A DNA stretch of 64,000 nucleotides, from NCBI GenBank assembly GCA_951406725.2, contig OX597829.1, positions 1,364,001 through 1,428,000 of the forward strand, read 5' to 3'. The position numbers and the translations under genes were made by a program. Origin of the DNA: Octopus vulgaris. Lineage: Eukaryota. Position 1 is the first letter of the stretch. Each line of letters opens with the position of its first letter. Positions 51,099-64,000 of the stretch are shown here, one piece after another. The notes below the pieces were generated by a model, which saw only the letters and a list, made by a program, of their open reading frames with translations, had not been told where the DNA came from and did not search any database.

Positions 51099-51305
51099 CA
51101 GACACACAAACACACACACGCATATATATATATACATATATACAATGGGCTTCTTTCAGTTTCCGTCTACCAAATCCACTCACAAGGCTTTGGTCGGCCC
51201 GAGGCTATAGTAGAAGACACTTGCCCAAGGTGCCACGCAATGGGACTGAACCCGGAACCATGTGGTTGGTAGACAAGCTACTTACCACACAGCAACTCCT
51301 GCGCC
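51099..51305 (-). mobile_element. SINE family B, 5' half
   Basis: A and B boxes and ccttgggcaagt. Confidence 0.85.
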
Positions 51306-51419
51306 TATATGCGCCTAATTATGCCTGAATAAAAAATATGATGATCAAGTAGTCATGATTAGAGCATTTTTTGTCCGTTATCAATATGGGTCCATTTGTG
51401 TTTAATATTTGCGTACAAT

Positions 51420-51630
51420 AAGGGACCGAACTGGCAGAATCATTAGCACGCGGGATAAAATGTTTAACGGCATGTAGTCCGTCTTTACATTCATTCCAAG
51501 TTCAAATACTACCCAGCTCGATTTTACCTTTCATCCTTTCAGCCATGACAAAATCAGTGCCGGGTTCAATGTAATCGACTTACTTCCTCCTTCTAAAGTC
51601 TTGGCCTCGTGCCACAGTTTGAAACCGATA
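51420..51630 (+). mobile_element. SINE family A, older subfamily
   Basis: ctggcagaatcattagcacg..aagttcaaat..cctttcatcctttc..ggcctcgtgcc. Confidence 0.75.
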
Positions 51631-51649
51631 TTCACGCGTAATAAATTAG

Positions 51650-51818
51650 TTATACTTCAACACTACACAAAATATTAAATTTTTTAAATACAACTTCTTA
51701 TATCCAATACTTGAAATATATCAGGATTTTTTATAAACCATCGTGTGGCTATGTGGGTCAGTTGAGTGAAATATGAATCAAAGGGCTTCCGTTGATAAGA
51801 AAAGGCTGGGAACCACTG
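51650..51818 (-). mobile_element. hAT MITE fragment
   Basis: Terminal cagtggttcccagcc on the minus strand. Confidence 0.5.
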
Positions 51819-51889
51819 ATCTAAATGTTCCGGGTAAAATAAAAAATAAAAAAAACAGTAACAAAAGCAGGACACATTAGATAGAATAA

Positions 51890-52140
51890 TCTATATCTAT
51901 ATCTATCAAACACAGGATGTGTGTCTGTTTGTGTGTTAGTCATGTTAAAACTCGAGATCCACGCAACCTATTTTAATGAAATTTTACACATGCATTACAT
52001 AGAGTCCATGGACTGCCATGGGCCAAAAAATAGTTTCAACGACTTGCGGGCCCAACCGCATTTTAAAAGCATATTCGCAGCGTTAAGGCCCGTAACTTGG
52101 AGAGTATCCAATCGCCCCCCTCCAAATTTGCAACATTAAC
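51890..52140 (+). mobile_element. Non-autonomous Helitron 5' fragment
   Basis: tctatat..gtgtctgtttg..caacctattttaatgaaattttacac parallels the 5' part of 20136-20517. Confidence 0.5.
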
Positions 52141-52299
52141 TAGGCTCCTCGAATTGCTGCTGACGAAAAATAAATTTCGTTGTTGAGGTTGTTATTGCTG
52201 CAGCTTTTTGACTTTATGTGCGTTGTGGTTGTGATAGTGGTATCAGAACAGACATTCTTCTCGTTCTCTGTTACTGTTGTTCTTGTTGTTGCTATTGTG

Positions 52300-52900
52300 G
52301 GCAGATGGATTTCAAATGCGAGTTAGCCCAACAAGTGTGATATCTCAATTTCCTGCTTTCTACCACGATCTGGAGTTGTGTTCTAAATGGTAGCTCAATG
52401 AGATCGGATATCTTGCTCAGAGATTCCGGTTTTAGCTGTATAAATATCTGCAACCCAATCGCGGACCAGATTTATATGTGAAATAGATGTAATATCCAGA
52501 AGAATGCCCTGGCCTTCAATGACAGTACAAGCGACCAGCCACCAGATGTTTAATTCTGATAGCACAATGTAATTGTGATTTTCCCCACTCTCCGACCAAA
52601 GTATGTGGGGAGGAGTAGATCCTCGTATTTACACCGAACTATTGAGTACGTTTGAGCCAGTGTTTCAATGAGGAATCTCACATCCACGAAACCATATTGA
52701 CTTCCTTGTGTGAGGAAGCTAAAAATATGTTCGTATGTTCATCAAATATTTCTCTACCTAGATGTCTGACACATTGAAAATTCTGCTATTGTTTCACGAC
52801 ACACATCTGTAGACGATTGTTCTCTTGTTAGTATTTTCCATCAGATCTGAAAGCATAAGAAGCTAAGAGTTCTATGCCCTTTATTGAAAATTTCCTCTGC
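52300..52900 (-). mobile_element. Tx1/L1 ORF1-like decayed fragment
   Basis: FLTQGSQYGFVDVRFLIETLA aligns by eye to YITRGRQYGTISVRFKSEALA at ~13080. Confidence 0.55.
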
Positions 52901-53026
52901 TTCTCTCAGGTATCCATACTTTCTTTCCAAGGAGATTTGCTCCAGTTATTTCGTTACTCCTGCAAATGAGTTATTATTCTTACTATTGTTGTTGTTGTTG
53001 TTGTTGACACCATTATTGCTGTTGCT

Positions 53027-53398
53027 GTTGAGCGAACGGTCTTCATTCCAGAGCTCGCAAGATGGGAGAAGTCCGAAACGTGGTCCTTTGCTATTCGTAA
53101 GACCCACAGAAGAGAGAAAGCAGGTCAACCCCCGACACCGAGAGCATCGACGGATGGATGAATGCGCATCCAGGCTCCGCGGTTGCGTAGAAAGTCGGGA
53201 ACAAGAAACAGGAAGAAAGAGTTAGAGAAAGCTGGAGCGAAAGAGTACAACAGAGGGTGCCCTCCCCCCTGCTGTAGCCTCGTGGAGCTTTAGGCGTTTT
53301 CGCTCAATAAACACACACACAACGCTCGGTCTGTGAATCGAAACCGCGATCCTCCGACCGCGAGTCCGCTGCCCTAACCATTGGGCCATTGTGCCTCC
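53027..53398 (-). mobile_element. SINE family C
   Basis: Homologous to 28255-28619; A and B boxes. Confidence 0.9.
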
Positions 53399-53672
53399 AC
53401 TGCTGTTGCTCTTCCTGTTGTTGTTGGTGCTTGTCAAAGCCAAAACGAATCTGCTTGTGGCGATGTTCGTGGCGTTAACAGAAGTAGCCTGGCAACCGGA
53501 CGACGGAGAAAAATCATCCATATTGCAGCAGCTATACTGATTATTTTTCTCTCCCCTCCAAACCTTTCTGTTTTTGTTCATGTGTTGCTCTTGTTCCTAG
53601 TGGTGGAGGCGGCGGTGGTGGCTATCATTCAGTGTTTTGCTCATTTGCAGACGCTACGTTAAGAAGCAAAAT

Positions 53673-53718
<46 letters not shown>

Positions 53719-54044
53719 GCGTCATATAACTCTCCTCCATCTTTCCCCATTTCTCATTGCCGACTGGATTTCCCTCGACTTTTATTATTGTTAGCATTAA
53801 AAAAAAATAATAAATTTTTTACGAAGTGAAAATGAATTGCAGTAAGACCCTCAAAAAATAGGGGTACTTTAAAGAAAAAAGCAATTCACCAGTAGATGAA
53901 CTGGTACAAAATGGAAAGAAAGCACACCATTTTCAGGAGAAAATTGGATATTTTCACCAAAAATCACAGAGCCGATGTTGAGTCTGACAGCCATTATAAT
54001 AATGATGATGATGATGATGACGACGATAGTAGTTATAGTTAAAA

Positions 54045-54422
54045 ATATTGGTACAAAGCCAACATGTGAGGGGAAAGTGTAAGTTGATTATACCATTCCC
54101 AGCGTTCAAATGGCACTTATTTTATCAACCCCCGAAAGGGTGAAAGGCAAATTCGACCTCAAAACGTAAACATGGTCGAGATGCCGCTAAGCATCTTACC
54201 TGGTGTGCTAACGATCCTGCTAGTTCGCCGTAACGACGACAACAACAACAACAATACTAATCTTTTTTTACCTCCAGTAAGCAACTGGTATTCAATTTAT
54301 CGATCCCGAAAGGATGATAGAGCAAAGTCGACCTCGGCGAAATTTGAACTTAGAACGTAGCGACGGATGAAATGCCGCTAAGCATTTGGCCCTGTGGGCT
54401 AACAATTCTGCTGGATCGCCGC
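54045..54422 (-). mobile_element. Two older family A SINEs
   Basis: cccgaaagg.tga..gcaaa.tcgacctc and atgccgctaagcat blocks, each present twice. Confidence 0.75.
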
Positions 54423-54434
54423 AATAATAATGAC

Positions 54435-54494
<60 letters not shown>

Positions 54495-54499
<5 letters not shown>

Positions 54500-54907
54500 A
54501 AAATCCTGTTGGATGCAATGATCCAGTGCGATCATCCGACCAGACACTGGAAGGCGGACATTGCTGTCGTGAATAAAAACAGAAAGAATATGTCTGATAA
54601 TCGACATGGCATGCCTCGGTGATAACAGGATCAATGTGAAAAAAGAAGAAAAAATAAACAACTCTGACGATTTGAAGCAGGAAATACGAAGGTTGTGGTC
54701 AATGAAGAGAATAGACGTGATACCAATAGTAATTGGTGTACTTGGATGCATCAGCACTCAACTACGATCGGTGCAAGTGTGAAGGTAGAACACCTACAAT
54801 AATCAGCGCTGCTTGGAACTGCAAGAATTATTCTCAGGGTTCTTGAAGCATGACTAGTAAATAAGTGTCATCTTAGTCTGCTGGCTGTGGACAGCTGACA
54901 CTTTCCA
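54495..54907 (+). mobile_element. R4/Dong LINE RLE-domain 3' fragment preceded by (AAT)n
   Basis: IQCD..DIAVVNK..LIIDMACLGDNRINVKKEEKI..DLKQEIRRLWSM..VIPIVIGVLG. Confidence 0.85.
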
Positions 54908-55433
54908 TTTCTGATGTTAACTGGTGGTAAGTGTTATCATGTACATTGCTTTGTCTTGATGTAAAAAAATGGACTACAGCAAATATTCTGCTCAATACCA
55001 CAGAGTTGCTTGTCAGTTGCTTGACCTTAACCAGTTGAGCATGTCCCTTAGTGACTGACGATATGTGCATCTCTGATCACGAGCAGAAGTAGTGGGGGAG
55101 CATCATAATAGCCATGTGTTGAGAGGGATTCTTTGGAATTTGGATAATTCACCTCTGGAAACATGGGTGTTCCGTTCAGCATCCTTAAACAACCCTCATT
55201 CAGGGACCTTTTGAGCAGGATGAGCTACTCGACCTGGGGAAAATTCTAACTGGGCTCCACCTACAAGGCCATGCGCTCTTTATCTTGATATGAGATCACC
55301 GTATCGCGCACATATGGTTGTGATGCATGTGCCTGGTGTACCCTTATCAGACGGGTAGTCATGATGGGTATACTGGGCTTCGTATTATTTTACCCTAGTG
55401 TCAATTTCATGGCATGCACTGCTCTCTCACTCA
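54908..55433 (+). mobile_element. Family D retroposon joined directly to the Dong 3' UTR
   Basis: Reverse complement of the other D copies; ends ctctctcactcaataataat. Confidence 0.85.
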
Positions 55434-55449
55434 ATAATAATAATAATAT

Positions 55450-55659
55450 TTTACTCAAGGCACAAGGTCTGAAATTTTGGGGGAGGGGACTAGTCGATTG
55501 TATCGACGCCAGTGATTCACTGGTACTTACTTTATCGACCCTGAAAGGATGAAAGGTATAGTCGACTTCAGCGTAATTTGAACTCAGAACATGAAAACAG
55601 ATGAAATGCCGCTAACCATTTCGTCCGGCGTGCTCACGATTCTGCCAGCTCGCCGCCTT
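55450..55659 (-). mobile_element. SINE family A, older subfamily
   Basis: ctgccagctcgccgcctt head; aggcacaaggtctgaaattttgg tail. Confidence 0.85.
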
Positions 55660-55669
55660 CATAATAAGG

Positions 55670-55809
<140 letters not shown>

Positions 55810-56547
55810 AATAATAATAATAATAATAATAATAATGGAAAAATATATGTAGGCAAAATACAGGACAACAAGCGCACGAAAATAAAGATAAGGACACCTC
55901 CATATAAAGAACAAATTAATATCATGCATTACACAAGCAACACTATTTTTGGTGCAACATTTTAAGCAGTTTCATTCGTCTCAAGTTATTTCTTTGTTAG
56001 TTTTTAATTAAAAATTCTCTGAGAAAAAAATAATAAATTAAAAGAAAAAGAATGAAAAAAAGATAGTGAAAGATTTCGGGTTAGATCTATCTTTTGAGTA
56101 ACTTTTCCGATATCCAGCAGATATTATCTGAAGAATAAGAAGACCAGAAATTAATACCTGAAATCTATTCGACACGGAAAAATAATAACATTCCAGATAA
56201 ACGAGAAAAAAAAAATGGGGGAAATAAAAAATAAAAAAAACAAATCTTCTCATGACACTTTGTCAAATGGCTGAGATGTTGGACAACAAATAGCTTCATC
56301 ACAGCAGAGATGAGTACGAATGATATAACAATCAGTTATATCAACAATATATTATTATTTATGGTTACTTATCCGATAATTCCGACATTGACATCAGATA
56401 AAATGTCTAACTTAACGGATACATTGCCTTCCCGCTCTGCTGGATTTTCTTTCGCAAACAATATGAAACAACAGCAAATAGTGTAATGAACAAGAAAGAT
56501 AAAAACCACTTCGGCAGCAGTACTGAATTCTCGATGCATGCCTACAT

Positions 56548-56578
<31 letters not shown>

Positions 56579-56655
56579 TACATACATACACACATACATA
56601 CATACATACATACATACATACATACATACATACATACATACATACATACATACAT

Positions 56656-56735
<80 letters not shown>

Positions 56736-56800
56736 GTATGAATGTATATACATACATATATATATATGTATGTGTATATATTCATACATATATATATACG

Positions 56801-56835
<35 letters not shown>

Positions 56836-56937
56836 ATGTATGTATGTGTATACATTCGTACATTCGTACATACACAAATATATGAATATATGTATACATA
56901 CCTACATATATATATATGCATATATATACACATTCAT

Positions 56938-56977
<40 letters not shown>

Positions 56978-57395
56978 GCATATATATATATATATATATG
57001 AATGTATATATGCATGTACACATACATATACACACACACATATATATACATGTATACACACACGTACACTTACTCTAACATATACATCAAATAGATAAAC
57101 ATGGAGACAGGTATAACAATAGGCAAGTAAATATAAAGGCAAATAGACCGGATTAGAGTCACGCGTTTGTGCGCACAACGTCAAGTGTGTCTGTGTTGTA
57201 CGTAGTATAAAAATACGAAAAAAAAATACAAGGAAAAGAATATAAAACAAATACTGAATGGATATTAGTTTGGCGCTCAGGAAATGTAGAAAAAATATAT
57301 TTTATATGTCGGTTATTCCCTCTTCTTCTAGAAGATAGGCTAGAAAAGAAAATAATAGGTAGGAGAAGGAAAAACGGAAGACCGAAATGCATGTG

Positions 57396-57446
<51 letters not shown>

Positions 57447-57659
57447 ACACACACGTATATGTATAAAGCATTTCGCAGTATTTATCGTGAATTTTCAAAA
57501 GAAACCGATGTGTGTCATGTACAAATGTCATACTTACGTGGAGGAGGAGGGAAAGATATCTAATATATTACTCATCGTAAGAATTTAAATTAATCAAAAT
57601 AAACACTTTTGATGAATCATTAGCTTCATTTTCAATTTTGCTTCAAAAGACCGAAGAGA

Positions 57660-58060
57660 TCTATAACCTCTAAGGCTACCATGCACTTCCAACATAGAGG
57701 AGGAATTGCACATCATTAGAGCACAAAAGCGAAATTAGTGAGGAAAACTCTATCGGTGAATATCTAATACTTATAAAATTCTACACAAGAATCGAAAATA
57801 ATTGTATCCACATATCGCAATGCAATGCCAAAATTAAGATTCGATCACACAAAAATTACTGACATAAACATTTTAAAATCCTGATGGTCAAAATTTGACG
57901 TTGTTAATAAATCAACATTTTACTGTTGACGCTTGATACTAACAAAGAAAATGCATTTGGCGTGATGCCTACATGAAGCTAAATATATTGGATTCTTGAA
58001 ATAGAGACTGTGAAGTTCGAGAAACGTCGTATTTGTATTTCGAACTATGTTGTACCAAAC
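57660..58060 (+). mobile_element. Possible Penelope GIY-YIG/3' end remnant
   Basis: TMHFQHRGGIAHH..LVRKTLSVN resembles the PLE pattern RLTMH...G.I..H...LTR..L..N. Confidence 0.3.
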
Positions 58061-58309
58061 AATATATAAACTAAACTAATAAGAAAATACGAAAAATAAA
58101 TAAATAAAAATTAGATAACATCATATATTTAATGAAAGTCTCTCTTTCTTTCTCTCACTCTGTCCGTCCGTTTGTCTGTCTGTCTCTCACACACACACAA
58201 ACACACATACACACAAACACACATACACACAAACACACATACACACAAACACACATACACACACACATATATGTATATATAGATAAGTTATTGTGTGCGT
58301 GTGTGTGTA

Positions 58310-59611
58310 TTAGATCATCAAGTATGAAATTTGTGGAAAAGAAAAAAGTTTGCTAGTGTTTTATTAAATACAAGGAATAGAGTAATTCATCAAAGGATGC
58401 ACTCATGTCATCAATATACTTTTGCTATTTCAGCGGTAGCTTGTCCAGCACGAACTGTAAAAGTTTGGCAATTTAGTCAATAAAATCTTGGAAGGCCTGT
58501 TTTACAGCATCGTCGGAATTAAATTGTTTTCCTATCAAAAATTTATCCAAATTCTAGAAGAAGCGGTAGTCAGTGGGGACAAGACCAGGTGAGTATGGTG
58601 GATGATGGAGAACTTCCAACTCCAACTCCTGTAGTTTCACCAAGGTCATTTTTGCGATGTGTGGTCTGGCCTTGTCTTGCAATAAAATTAAAATGGATAT
58701 GTTGACTAATTTAGGCTGTTTTTTTTTTGTAAGTTTTTGCATCATTTGGTCCAGTTGTATATTTGGTATATTTGTATACTAGGCTGCAGTATACTTCGGC
58801 CGTGTTTGATGAGCCAGGTTTAATGAAATCATAATTGATCACACCTGCGCATGGCCACCAAACACACACCATCAGCTTCCTTTGATGAATTTTGATGTCT
58901 GGACTGTGTTTTGGTGGTTCGTCTTTACCCAGCCATTGTGCTGAACGTTTACGGTTGTTGTATTGGATCCATTTCTCATCACATGTTACAATTCGATTCA
59001 AAAATGATTCATTTTTGTGACGAAAATATAGCACAATGCAGGCTTCCAAACGTTGCTGTTTCTGATTTTCATTGAATTCATGTGGAACCCACTTATCGAA
59101 CTCTTTCACTTAACCGATTTAAACTAGGTGAGTCAATATTGTTTGCTTGCTAACACCAAACAGCAACGATAATTCACGGGAACTTTGAGACGGATCAGAC
59201 TCGACGGTGGCTTTCAGTTCGTCATTATCCACTTTTGTTTCTGGTCGACCGCATTGCTCATTTGTGAGGTCAAAGTTACCAGAACGAAATTTTACAAACC
59301 AATTTGATACTGTCTGCTGTGAATTAACATTAGAATGAAATACTCCATTAATATTCTGGTCTTTGATGCTGTATTTCTAAGAAAGAACTCATATTTCTAA
59401 ACTGTACGATTTTCCGACTTATCGATGTCTAAACAAAAATAGTAAAAAACGATTTATGAATATTTTATAAAGCGCAAAATGTGTTAGAATATAGAAATAT
59501 ATATATCAACTTTCTAAAAAAAATAGTGTCAATATATAATAATGGCGCAAAATGAGCAGCTGTCGAAGTTTACTATAAACCTTACAACAAATTTCATACT
59601 TGACGACCTAA
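58310..59611 (-). mobile_element. Full-length (1302-bp) mariner transposon, transposase inactivated
   Basis: TIRs ttagatcatcaagtatgaaatttgt / acaaatttcatacttgacgacctaa with TA on both sides; WVPHE, IVTCDEKW, LQDKARPH and HPPYSPGLVPTDY motifs; stops and frameshifts. Confidence 0.95.
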
Positions 59612-59627
59612 TATATATATATATATA

Positions 59628-59954
<327 letters not shown>

Positions 59955-59957
59955 TTA

Positions 59958-60068
<111 letters not shown>

Positions 60069-60611
60069 GTATGTATGTATCTTTACAGACACACGCGCGC
60101 GAGTTCGTTTCAGGGAAAATTACAAGGCCGAATTGTATAATCTAGGCCTCCTATATAATATCTTCACAGTATCAGTTTATGCTATTGTGTGTATGCGTTT
60201 GTGTGTGATTGTGAGCGTGTGTATGTGTGCGTGCGTGCGTGCGTGTATGTGTGTGTAAGAGAGAGAGTGAGAGGGGGGGAGATACAGAGAAACAGACAGA
60301 GATTCTAGCTATCAGGTATCGTAAACTTTTGCCCTATTCTCTATAATAATAATAGGGCAGTATTTATATGTATTACTTATTTTCGCTGTATTAATATTAT
60401 TATTTCTGGTTATACTCTTGACAAAGAATGCATGGATTTGTCAATGAAAGTATTGAGATTTCTACAAACATCCTACAATGTTCTCTTGTTTGTTCTCACG
60501 CATATTCCAAAATTATCGATCAAAAATATGAAGTACAACAGAAGACAAATCATATATTGTTATCGATTTGAAACTTAGTACGTAAAGAAAACACACATAT
60601 CACATCATAGG

Positions 60612-61052
60612 CTCTTTTACTCTTTTACTCTTTTACTCTTTTACTCTTTTACTTGTTTCAGTCATTTGACAGCGGCCATGCTCGAGCACCACCTTTAGTC
60701 GAGCAAATCGACTCCTAGACTTATTCTTTCTAAGCCCAGGACTTATTCTATCGGTCTCTTTTGCCGAACCGCTAAGTGACGGTGACGTAAACACACCAGC
60801 ATCGGTTATCAAGCGATGTGTGTGTGTGGGGGGGACAAACACAGACACACAAACATATACACGCACACATACATAAGTATATATAAACATATATACGACG
60901 GGCTTCTTTCAGTTTCCGTCCACCAAATCCACTCACAAGGCTTTGGTCAGCCCGAGGCTATAACAGAAGACACTTGCCCAAGTTGCCACGCAGTGGGACT
61001 GAACCCGGAACCATGTGGTTGGAAGGCTAGCTACTTACCACACAGCCACTCC
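60612..61052 (-). mobile_element. SINE family B, full length
   Basis: (ctctttta)n tail, CORE-like motif, A and B boxes. Confidence 0.9.
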
Positions 61053-61118
61053 TCAAAATAATATGTGTGTCTGTCTATGCTTCTCGCCCTAATTTTTACC
61101 CATGTTGTTTCGATTTAT

Positions 61119-61279
61119 TCAGAGTTGATCTTTCGCAGATGGTTTGTCGACATCTGTGGAGAACGTCATTCTGTGCTCAGGAACTTTCATGAGGCTGCAA
61201 CACGTTCTCCGTTGTTGATCGTTGTTTTCCGTGCGAGCAACAATTCCTTCCAAAATACTCGCCCATCTCGAGTTGTCAC
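61119..61279 (-). CDS. Possible terminal coding exon of an unidentified gene
   Basis: Minus strand cttaat..ttcag acceptor, then a frame open for 52 codons (DNSRWASILEGIVARTE...KDQL) to a TGA overlapping AATAAA; no recognisable domain. Confidence 0.25.
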
Positions 61280-61914
61280 CTGAATTTTCAGAAACCAAAT
61301 TAAGATGTTATTCCTTAAAATAAAAGATTTTCTTCTTCACACCGCATAAGTACTATATCACAGGGGGCCAGTAGGTTGATGGCCATCAAGTTGGCGACCA
61401 GGGCAGCAGAGATTCCCGTATGAGTGTGGTGGATTAGGACTTGTGAACCCAAGAGAAGATACTACTAACTGGCCGAAAGGTAGGGTTATATACCCTGGCT
61501 GGGTCACGTGTGCGCGAGTGTCTCTTGCCTCTGGGAAACATCACAGATAACTTGTCCAGATGCATCAGAGAGTGTCATATAGAAAGGTGTTTGTATTTTC
61601 TTTCACTGCATTAATTAAGATGGGTCATTCAGTGTCGGTACATTAAGCTTGTCCGAGGTTAAGCTACTCACACACACACACACACACGCACGCATGCACG
61701 CATGCACACACGCAGGCAGGAACACGCATACGCACACGCACACACTTTATAATTAATGTATGAGTGTGTTCTTTAAGCTATTGCTTTCATCTGGGAAAAA
61801 TCATTTAACAAAAATAAAACAATATACCTCAGAGTTAGGCGAAACGAAATCACGCCAGAAGTGATCACGAGAAAGAGAGACATTTTAGTTGTGGTGAAAT
61901 TGCGTGTGTATGCG

Positions 61915-61951
<37 letters not shown>

Positions 61952-62125
61952 ACACACACATACACACACAAATACACGCATGTGTTCGTACGTACGTATG
62001 TATGTATGTATGTATGTATGTATGTATGTATGTGTGTGTGTATGTATGTATCTATCTATCTATCTGTCCATCCATCCACCTACCTACCTACCTATCTACC
62101 CATCCATCGATCCATCGATCCATCC

Positions 62126-62184
<59 letters not shown>

Positions 62185-63337
62185 CATGTATGTATGTATG
62201 TATGTATGCATCTCTGTATATCCATAAAAGGCTCTATAGTTAGTTACATATTATTTCATGAGAATTTTGTTAAATATTCCCTTTTACTAAAATCTGTTCA
62301 TCACTTTATTACTACGTATGCTTATTTCTTTGCTCCTTACCCGTTTATTGTAACTCTTTAGAAATATTCTAATTTACGTAACAAATAACGATATGTAACA
62401 AATAACTTTATGTAACAAAGCATTTGGCAAAACAGATGCTATGAAGAATCGTGTTTGGGAATATTAAGTGATGTCTTTAGCACATATTTCTAGACAAAAA
62501 CCCGTATGACTAAAAGAACTATGTCTCATCTCCACGTTTCGTTCAGTTGGTTATTGTTGTCACTTATTAATATTTTCCCCTCTTTCTACCAGAAATAGCT
62601 GTTTGTAAATCAGATATTTAAGATTGCTTAAATCAGATAAACCAAAACAGACTACTTATTCATCTCAACAGAACAAACTAATGTGAATTATTTCTATATT
62701 GTAAATAATTCCACTGTAAGACTTAAACGTAATTATGTCTTAAATACGTAAGCATGCATACATAACATAAGAAGAAGAAAAAAATACCAACAATATCAAA
62801 AACACAACACTTGGCATGTATACATAACATAGTTCAATATTAGAAGAATGTTAGTTCTTACGTAAAACAAAATGGTATATAATATCAAAGACATGCAAAA
62901 ACAAAACACACAAAAAAGATGCAAAATTATTACAGAAAACTATTTGGGAAAATGTTTCCAATGTAGACACACATATGTTGGGTAAAAGACACTGGTAATG
63001 ATGAATCAATTAAAGTGATAGATGTTTTGTTCATTGGCAAAAGCTATTAGACTTAGAATGGCACTTTTGGGAAGCTAGAAATGGAGATCTTAATCTTAAC
63101 ATATAACTTTCTCGTGTTTTGCTTTTTCTTCTGTCTGCTTTCTTTCTTTTTTCTTTTTCTCTCTTTTTCTTGTCTTAGACAGATTTTTACGATAAAATAC
63201 ATTAAGTAGGAAAATCATTACTGCTAATGGGATCGGCTAAATAGTTTAACCCCCGAGCAAGAAATTTTATGAGTGGGTGTGAAAAGCTCTGCCTGAGTAA
63301 GAATGAATGTAAAACTACGCATGTTACAAGAGACATA

Positions 63338-63399
<62 letters not shown>

Positions 63400-64000
63400 A
63401 CACACACACACACACACATACACACACGCACACACACATACACATGCACACTCACATACACACACACACACACACACGCATTTTAGACTAAATGTAAAAT
63501 TAAGGATATGAAAGCATATACCTAGGTGTGTCTGTGTGTGTGTGTGTGTGTATCCATTCGCATACAAACGATGTATGTTTATGCATCTGTATATCTGTGT
63601 GTAATTATAGATATTAATGTATGAGCTTAAACAATACGCACATATATATATACACCCGTCTTTAGAAATAGTTTATTTGCGTTGATGTCTCATGTGTGAC
63701 TCTATTTCAGAACAGCAACAGATACTCGTAGACATACTTGCATACATAGATTACGCATGAGGCCCACCTATACTGCGACAAACAGACACACATATACGGG
63801 ACACAATCACAAACAGAGACAGAGATTCACACACACAAGCACACACACACACACGCACATACACACACAATTTATATTTATATATATGTATGTATGTATG
63901 TATATATATATGTATGTATGTATGTATATGTATATATATACATATATATATATATATGCATGTATGCACATATATGTATGCATGTATGTATATACATATG

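Noticed and set aside
61365-61500. FPYECGGLGLVNP, resembling the GGLG motif of RLE/CRE LINEs
   Set aside because: A single short motif is insufficient to call an element.

Overview
Eukaryotic, AT-rich, repeat-saturated non-coding DNA, most likely from an octopus (coleoid cephalopod). The species call is an inference from the tRNA-derived SINE families and the density of (TA)n, (CA)n, (TATC)n, (CATA)n and (AAT)n microsatellites. No intact protein-coding gene is supported. Almost all listed ORFs are microsatellite translations; the rest are decayed transposon proteins. Recognisable elements: two mariner transposons (one full-length with TIRs); RTE, Tx1/L1 and R4/Dong LINE remnants; Penelope-like element (PLE) remnants; non-autonomous Helitrons; hAT- and Merlin-like MITEs; and at least four SINE-like families. 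The most notable observations are: (1) a well-formed minimal type I hammerhead ribozyme inside a ~60-bp inverted repeat, plus five more degenerate hammerhead-like motifs; (2) a SINE that forms ~185-bp head-to-tail multimers and inserts into older copies of itself; (3) a ~555-bp non-tRNA retroposon found only in (AAT)n, twice beside R4/Dong endonuclease fragments; (4) a GC-rich, highly structured ~270-bp island that may be an ncRNA; (5) a ~500-bp foldback palindrome; (6) short unique islands carrying transcription-factor motifs, and one possible terminal exon.
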